A DNA stretch of 53,974 nt, from assembly GCA_028282505.1 (NCBI GenBank), contig JANQHV010000554.1, forward strand, positions 1 to 53,974. The letters are read 5' to 3'. Both the position numbers and the translations under genes were made by a program. A model generated the notes under the pieces. The model saw only the letters and a program-made list of their open reading frames with translations, made no database searches and was not told the origin of the DNA. Source of the DNA: SAR324 cluster bacterium. GTDB lineage: Bacteria > SAR324 > NAC60-12. Of the stretch, positions 45,994 to 53,974 are shown in pieces. Positions within the stretch are counted from its first letter, which is position 1. Every line of letters begins with the position of its first letter.

Positions 45994-47040
45994 ATGTTAA
46001 AAATCCACATTGTTTATAATTTTACCGATGCCCCCTTCGGAGGCTCCAATCAATTTCTCAAAGCCTTAAAAAACTATTTCATCCAGCAGAATGTCTATTC
46101 CGAGCAGATAGAACAGGCCGATATTGTTATCCTGAATAGCCATTTATTTGGACAGGGAAAAACCCTCTTTGGCATCATCTGGGCAAATCGCCGTTTATTT
46201 CAACAAAAAACGATCTTGCACCGAGTCGATGGACCGGTTTCTCTCTATCAGGCCAATAACCGATTTTCTATCGATAAATACGTTTTTAAAATCAACCGCT
46301 TTGTGGCAGACGGGACGATCTTTCAGTCAGATTGGAGTCAGAAAAAATGCAAAGAAGTGGGAATGCCAACCAAAGCCTTTGAATTGGTCACATTCAATGC
46401 CCCCGACCCTGCCATCTTCTTTCCTTCCATCATGGAAACACCACAACCTGGTGCTAAATTCAAAATCATCGCCACCAGTTGGTCCACCAACCCTAATAAA
46501 GGTTTCGATATCTATGAATTTTTGGACAAACATCTGGATTTTGATAAATATGAAATGACCTTTGTGGGCAGATCCCCCATTGCTTTCAAAAATATTCAAC
46601 TCATCGATCCCTTACCCAGTCCACAAGTGGCGGAACAACTCCGGGCTCATCATCTCTTCATCTCAGCCTCCTTTTTAGAGGCATGCTCCAACTCACTGCT
46701 GGAAGCTATCCACTGCGGATGTGTTCCGATTGCCAGAGATACTTCGAGCCATCCTGAGATGATCGAGAAATTTGGAATTCTCTTTCAAGACAGCTCTGAT
46801 ATTTTGCAGGCCATCGATATGGCAGCCAAACAGTATCAAGACCTGAAAGCCAACTTGACGTTACCAACTCTCGAAGAAATTGGAGCACGGTATTATCAAT
46901 TCTGCCAGAAAGTTCATCAAGGCCGCCAACAGGAACAAAGACCTCTGACCTTTTCAAAAGCTTTGTCCTTCAAGTTCGATTCACTCCGGTTTCAACTGGA
47001 ACAACGGCTTGGGCAAATTGATGCAAAAGTGAGTAAGTAA
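45994..47040 (+). CDS. GT4 glycosyltransferase
   Basis: GGSNQF, HRVDG, NKG, EACSNSLLEA..CG..P. Confidence 0.85.
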   Translation: MLKIHIVYNFTDAPFGGSNQFLKALKNYFIQQNVYSEQIEQADIVILNSHLFGQGKTLFGIIWANRRLFQQKTILHRVDGPVSLYQANNRFSIDKYVFKINRFVADGTIFQSDWSQKKCKEVGMPTKAFELVTFNAPDPAIFFPSIMETPQPGAKFKIIATSWSTNPNKGFDIYEFLDKHLDFDKYEMTFVGRSPIAFKNIQLIDPLPSPQVAEQLRAHHLFISASFLEACSNSLLEAIHCGCVPIARDTSSHPEMIEKFGILFQDSSDILQAIDMAAKQYQDLKANLTLPTLEEIGARYYQFCQKVHQGRQQEQRPLTFSKALSFKFDSLRFQLEQRLGQIDAKVSK

Positions 47041-47712
47041 AACTTACAGCAATTTTACAAGCATAAGAAATTTTTTCAGTATATTTTAGTCACAGAGGGA
47101 CAACACACCTAAGATCATACTTGATTCTTGACTTATCCCTTAATTCAGCATGAAGGCATTAATCGAATAAGGAGAATATGGAAAAAAAACAGGAATACAC
47201 AGTAGTCTTGCGCGATGCAGGAATTGGACATGAAGAGTTTGTAGCGTTGGGGAATTTCCGCTCATGTGGAAGGAGTTCCAACAGAGGATACGGGTGGAAA
47301 GAACATCATCATCATTAAAAAATCGGAAACGATCATTATTCAAAAAAACGATTAGTTACAATTTGAAATTACGGGAAACAGTCAGTTTCACGCCTTGCAT
47401 TGGGATCCGATTTTGCCCGTTTTATCTCTCAATCACATTTGGAGCTTTTCAATGACAAAAACCGCAGAGTCTATTTCAATCAGATGATTGCTATGGAAGA
47501 TTGGATGTTACCCGTTGTTTTTCAGCACAGACCATCTCAATTTTACCTGCCGGTCAACTTCCTCGCCGTTTTGCCGCCATGTAAGGCGACACTACCGTTA
47601 ATTTGTTGCCAATTCAACATACCGTGGCAAAACACCAGAACAATTTTAGCAAATAGATTTTTCGTGCGGTCAGTGCTCCGATTTTTGAGGGTTGGTGGAA
47701 AATCTACCTTTA

Positions 47713-47779
47713 GCCACTAGAAACTACAAAACAACATTAAAAGATCTTTTTTTAGTGTTTTTTTGTGGGTTTCGTGGCC
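47713..47779. repeat. Imperfect intergenic inverted repeat
   Basis: GCCACTAGAAACTACAAAACAACATTAAAA versus TTTTAGTGTTTTTTTGTGGGTTTCGTGGC. Confidence 0.45.
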
Positions 47780-47935
47780 ATTAGCAAAAAACAAAAATTT
47801 TTTAAATGGTTTAAATTATTACCTAAAAAGATCTCTCTGGAGAATTAGATAGCTCTTTTCCATGTACAAAAATTTCTTATTTTGCTATAGCATTTCGAAA
47901 GTTCATAATTTCCCAATAATGTCAAAAATTTAAAC

Positions 47936-48697
47936 ATGGACCGTGAGAGCTATTTGAAATGTTCCCTTGAGGAATTATATGACGTTCATCGACATATAGA
48001 TAAAGAAAAATATCCAGAACGGGTGCAAGTTCTGTTAGAAGTAATTTCTGAGAAGGAAGAACAGGGGGAGACCCATTTAGAAAAGAAGAAGGATGAATTG
48101 TTTATTTTTGCACAAAATTCACAAAATTCCAGCCAAGGCTTTTCAAAAGACAACGACCCTGCTCATGACATAAAAAAGGAATCCAACATATATGCTCCTC
48201 CCCAATCCATTTTAGAACAAACAACCAAAGGCCAAGAGGGGATCTACAAAATTGCTACCACTTCTCAACGCTTTATCAATTATATCATTGATCATTTCCT
48301 CATTTCTTTTTTTGCCTTTTTATTGGGAGCAATTTTAGCATGGATAGAGAGGGACGTTGCTATGCTCAAACTCTACGGTTCCACACTCGGCATAGTCATG
48401 ACAATCACTTATTATTTTATTTGTGAGAACGCATTTTTAAAAACTTTGGGAAAGATTATCACAAAAACAAGAGTGATCAGTATAGATGGAAGTGATCCAA
48501 CAGCAAAACAGATCATTATCAGAACACTGTGTCGACTTATTCCTTTTGAGGCTTTTTCATTCTTTGGGGGAAATGGACACCCTGTTGGCTGGCATGATCG
48601 TCTATCACGAACAAGATTGATTTCTATCGAACCAGAATTCTCGGAACTCATCAAAAAAGATGAAGCATTGAATAAGCATTGCAATTTGTTTGGTTAA
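47936..48697 (+). CDS. RDD-family membrane protein
   Basis: QRFINYIID, KTLGK....RV, IRTLCR.IPFE, WHDRLS.T. YAPP motif upstream. Confidence 0.88.
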   Translation: MDRESYLKCSLEELYDVHRHIDKEKYPERVQVLLEVISEKEEQGETHLEKKKDELFIFAQNSQNSSQGFSKDNDPAHDIKKESNIYAPPQSILEQTTKGQEGIYKIATTSQRFINYIIDHFLISFFAFLLGAILAWIERDVAMLKLYGSTLGIVMTITYYFICENAFLKTLGKIITKTRVISIDGSDPTAKQIIIRTLCRLIPFEAFSFFGGNGHPVGWHDRLSRTRLISIEPEFSELIKKDEALNKHCNLFG

Positions 48698-48710
48698 TTA
48701 GAGGGTCTCT

Positions 48711-51191
48711 TTATGCTTGAATGTACTCAAAAACCACCAGGGTAATATCATCATTGGTTTCTTTTCCTTGAGCATATGAATTCACATGCTCCAGTAACAT
48801 GGACAGCAGTGAATCAAGATCACAGGTACGATTTTCCTTTAAGAAAAGAAGCAATCTTTTTAATCCAAACATCGTTTCCTCTAAATTTTCCCTTTCTGTT
48901 ATTCCATCGGTATACAGTATTCCTCTATCGCCAGGCATCATCGTGTATTGTGTTTCCTGGACTTTATATTCCGACTTAGGAAGAATACCAAGAACCATTC
49001 CACCTCTTTCCAGAAGAATGGGATCTTCTCCGTTCGCTGGAATCAGAATCAAAGGAGCATGTCCGGCAACGATTTGTCTCAGTTTCCCCTCATGATTGAT
49101 ATTAACTAAAATCGCAGTCATAAATTGATGATGTGGTAAATGTTGTTCAAATAATTCATTAATGTGTTCCATGATTCGCGTCAGAGAAGTGTGCCGGTCT
49201 TCCAATAAAATAACATTAGCCATGACTGTTGATAACGCCGCCGCAATCCCATGTCCGGTACTGTCTCCTAAAAATAAATTGTATGTCCCGTTCTTGTAAG
49301 GGTAGATTTTATAGATATCACCAGAAACATGGGAGTGAGGAATGAATCGGGTCGCTATTTTGAGATAAGAAGGACATGTATACTCAGTAAACAGACGTTT
49401 TTGAACACTTTCTGCAAGCGTTAAATCCTCGGTGATTGTTTCATTTTTTTTAGCCAACTCCTTATTCTTTTCAGATAGTTGTTGAGTGCGTTCAGCAACT
49501 TGTGATTCCAAATCAATATTCAATTCTTTCAATTCCTGTGTTTTTAATTCAACCATCGTTTTAAGTTTTCTATTATGCCAGAAGAGAAAACTGATTATTA
49601 AAATAATCACCCCAAAAATTTGTGCGACCAGTACCCAGTCGATCTTCTTGATAATGGTAATGTTTGCCCATTTATTATTAATATGATTCATTTCCTCTTC
49701 ACTAACATTTTGCATGGCCTTTTCCAATATCTGATGCAACATGGGCCAGTCTTCTCTTATACCGATGTGCAAAGAGGTTTGGCGTTGTTCCTCATCCGTC
49801 ATATTTATAAAATCGGAAAGCCGAATGTTTTCAATCTGATTTTCCCTGGCAAGGTAATGGAATACAAAGGGGTTTCCAATGATAACATCCAGTTGTTTTG
49901 TCGCTAGTTTTCGAACCAAATCCACTTTTTTTTCGACTTCAATGATTTCAATTGCTGGTATCTTTTTTTTGAGTAACGGGATGCTCCCATGTGATGTTTC
50001 CATCCCGACCTTCTTACCTAACAGATTGATATTCCAGTCTTGTTCGTCAATATGGGTAAACATTCCGAGTTTTCCCTTGTAGTAAGGCTTGGTATAAAGA
50101 GTAAATTTCTTTCGTTCTTCAGTGATATAAAGAACTGGCATGACATCGATTTTTTTTTGCTGAAACAGTTCAATTAATTCCATCCATGTATAACCATAGA
50201 TGAATTCAATCTCTACTCCAATTTTTTGAGCCAGTAATTGGATATGATCGATGGCCAGACCTTTGGCAATACCAGATTCGTTAAAATCAAAGGGCGGCCA
50301 GTCTGTTTCATTCGCGACACGAATAACAGGGTGCTTTTTTAGCCACCTTTTCTCACCTTTTGTAAAATTAATTTTGTCTTTGGGCTGTCGCAGAGAACGC
50401 TCCGGAGGATCGACCCGGAACCATTTTTTGTAAATAGTATCGTGCGTCTCGATTGGTATCGCAGCAAGGCTTTTGTCAATAATCGAAACTAGCTCGGGCC
50501 AATCTTTACGAACTGAATAAACAACTTCTAATTCTTTTTCAGTAGCGACATAACCGATTTTTATTGATTTAAGAAAATGTTTTTGTTGGCTATAGTATGT
50601 TGATGTACTGGTCAGACTCGCATCGGCTTTGCCCTCCAGCATTATTTTAATGGATTCAAGCTCGGATGCTGCTTCAACAATTTTTATAGTAGGATGAGGT
50701 TGAATCAGAGAGACATAGAACTCATTTCCTTCTTGAAAAGCAATTCTTTTTCCTGACAGGTCTGTAATTTTTTGAATATCCAACTGACTTTCAGAAGGTA
50801 ACACAACAATTGGAAATTCACTGACATACGTCTGTGAAAAATCAAAAAAGGGCTTTCTTGCCTCTAGAGGTGAAGATGTGGCAAGTCCATCAATTTCATG
50901 TCTTTTGGCCTTTTTTACTATTTCAACCCATTGACCTGTGACAAGTTGGATATTGGCTCCAGTTGTTTCATTGATATAACGTATAAAGTCCACATCCAGA
51001 CCTTGTAATTCACCATTGATGTCCCTGGAGATGTAAGGTTTCCAGGTTTCATCGGTGCCAAACCTAATCACTGGATGAGCTTGAAGAAAGGCTTTTTCTG
51101 TTTCTGTTAATTGGATTTTTAACGGTTTTGCTAAAAGAGCGGGAACGAGCGATGAAAATATAATGAAGACCAACAGTAAATTTTTATGCAT
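48711..51191 (-). CDS. Membrane sensor phosphatase: two family-3 solute-binding domains, TM helix, coiled coil, SpoIIE (PP2C) domain
   Basis: Repeated LT..EK.FL..HPVIR...W.P. domains. SGDIY, GDSTGHG..AA, AGH, LYTDG..E and DDIT. Likely ATG 51191. Confidence 0.9.
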   Translation of the reverse strand: MHKNLLLVFIIFSSLVPALLAKPLKIQLTETEKAFLQAHPVIRFGTDETWKPYISRDINGELQGLDVDFIRYINETTGANIQLVTGQWVEIVKKAKRHEIDGLATSSPLEARKPFFDFSQTYVSEFPIVVLPSESQLDIQKITDLSGKRIAFQEGNEFYVSLIQPHPTIKIVEAASELESIKIMLEGKADASLTSTSTYYSQQKHFLKSIKIGYVATEKELEVVYSVRKDWPELVSIIDKSLAAIPIETHDTIYKKWFRVDPPERSLRQPKDKINFTKGEKRWLKKHPVIRVANETDWPPFDFNESGIAKGLAIDHIQLLAQKIGVEIEFIYGYTWMELIELFQQKKIDVMPVLYITEERKKFTLYTKPYYKGKLGMFTHIDEQDWNINLLGKKVGMETSHGSIPLLKKKIPAIEIIEVEKKVDLVRKLATKQLDVIIGNPFVFHYLARENQIENIRLSDFINMTDEEQRQTSLHIGIREDWPMLHQILEKAMQNVSEEEMNHINNKWANITIIKKIDWVLVAQIFGVIILIISFLFWHNRKLKTMVELKTQELKELNIDLESQVAERTQQLSEKNKELAKKNETITEDLTLAESVQKRLFTEYTCPSYLKIATRFIPHSHVSGDIYKIYPYKNGTYNLFLGDSTGHGIAAALSTVMANVILLEDRHTSLTRIMEHINELFEQHLPHHQFMTAILVNINHEGKLRQIVAGHAPLILIPANGEDPILLERGGMVLGILPKSEYKVQETQYTMMPGDRGILYTDGITERENLEETMFGLKRLLLFLKENRTCDLDSLLSMLLEHVNSYAQGKETNDDITLVVFEYIQA

Positions 51192-51328
51192 GAGAAAAAT
51201 CTTTAGTAAATGGAAAAAGCTCGTGAAGGCAAAAAATCCCTGAAACATGCCAAACATCATCCACACAATAAGATTAATATCTGGTTTAGGTGAGAAAGTG
51301 TGTTATGCTTAGATGAAACGGGTGATGC

Positions 51329-51598
51329 ATGCCTTGGGTATTTATATATTGGGTTGAAGCATATTCTGCAAGCAATATGAAAGGGTTGAATATAATTCTG
51401 CACAGCTTAGCAACAGAACCAGAAGCATGGTCTGTTGATGAATACTGGGCCAAACATGAGAAAGGATTGAAAATCTGGATTGGTCATGGTTTTTTTAGTT
51501 GTCGCATTGAAAAACCATTTTATCAGGAATTGGGATTGTTTGAGCGTATCAAGTTGTATAAAGCAATCAAGCAAATCAAAGCGGAAAACTCCAGGTAG
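51329..51598 (+). CDS. Hypothetical protein
   Basis: Short ORF filling the intergenic space. Start uncertain (ATG 51377 possible). Confidence 0.35.
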   Translation: MPWVFIYWVEAYSASNMKGLNIILHSLATEPEAWSVDEYWAKHEKGLKIWIGHGFFSCRIEKPFYQELGLFERIKLYKAIKQIKAENSR

Positions 51599-51607
51599 GT
51601 TATGGTT

Positions 51608-51841
51608 TTATAAATATCGTTTCCACCAGTTCAGGATGAGAGTTTTCTCTCTTTCCCGAAAGGTTTCTTCGTCAATTTTTCCTTCTTTTCGTCCTTGTCG
51701 AAGATAGTGGAGTTTGGCCAGCCATTCGTTTGTTGTTTGACATACACTCCAGCCATATTGTTTCTGTTGGACCAGCTGTTCGTAATCATTGGCAGGAACC
51801 TCGATGGGCAGATTAATGGCATTGGGGGTTAAGGAGATCAT
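51608..51841 (-). CDS. Small hypothetical protein divergent from ligA
   Basis: ATG with AAGGGA RBS and protein-like composition. Confidence 0.55.
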   Translation of the reverse strand: MISLTPNAINLPIEVPANDYEQLVQQKQYGWSVCQTTNEWLAKLHYLRQGRKEGKIDEETFREREKTLILNWWKRYL

Positions 51842-51903
51842 GGTTTCCCTTATGGATTGACATTACGTCTTGAATTGTTAGAACTGAAACGGTTTTGAGG
51901 TGA

Positions 51904-53970
<2,067 letters not shown>

Positions 53971-53974
53971 CAGT

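Overview
AT-rich bacterial window. Most of it (1-16.9 kb and 27.3-47.0 kb) is one large + strand surface-glycan locus: AsnB-type amidotransferase, three GT-C-like membrane proteins, a GT-C/phosphoribulokinase-like fusion with a double nucleotidyltransferase plus HAD, GtrA, GT2 and GDPD-like genes, two paralogous MsbA/PglK-type ABC exporters, a NeuA/NeuB/NeuA-KdsC set, sulfo- and methyltransferases, RmlC/RmlD with HddA/HddC-like genes, a radical SAM enzyme and GT4s. The window ends with RDD, SBP-SpoIIE and ligA genes. Two blocks interrupt the glycan locus. The first is an ECF41 sigma/azoreductase block (6.2-9.5 kb). The second is a ~10 kb island between the two ABC paralogues (16.9-27.2 kb), which is the most unusual part. 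It holds a tandem array of pentapeptide-repeat proteins with a shared N-cap and exchanged C-terminal domains (TIR or an unnamed domain). These genes alternate with small HTH genes, each followed closely by a sigma70 promoter containing a palindrome. The array also has a covarying RNA-like hairpin before the HTH genes and a 13-15 nt sequence complementary to that hairpin at the predicted transcript start. The rest of the island looks like a decayed integron (IntI-like C-terminal remnant, attC-like sites, RelE/HigA, GNAT and lipoprotein cassettes). Several MITE/REP-like elements lie between genes. All family calls come from reading motifs by eye; no database search was run.
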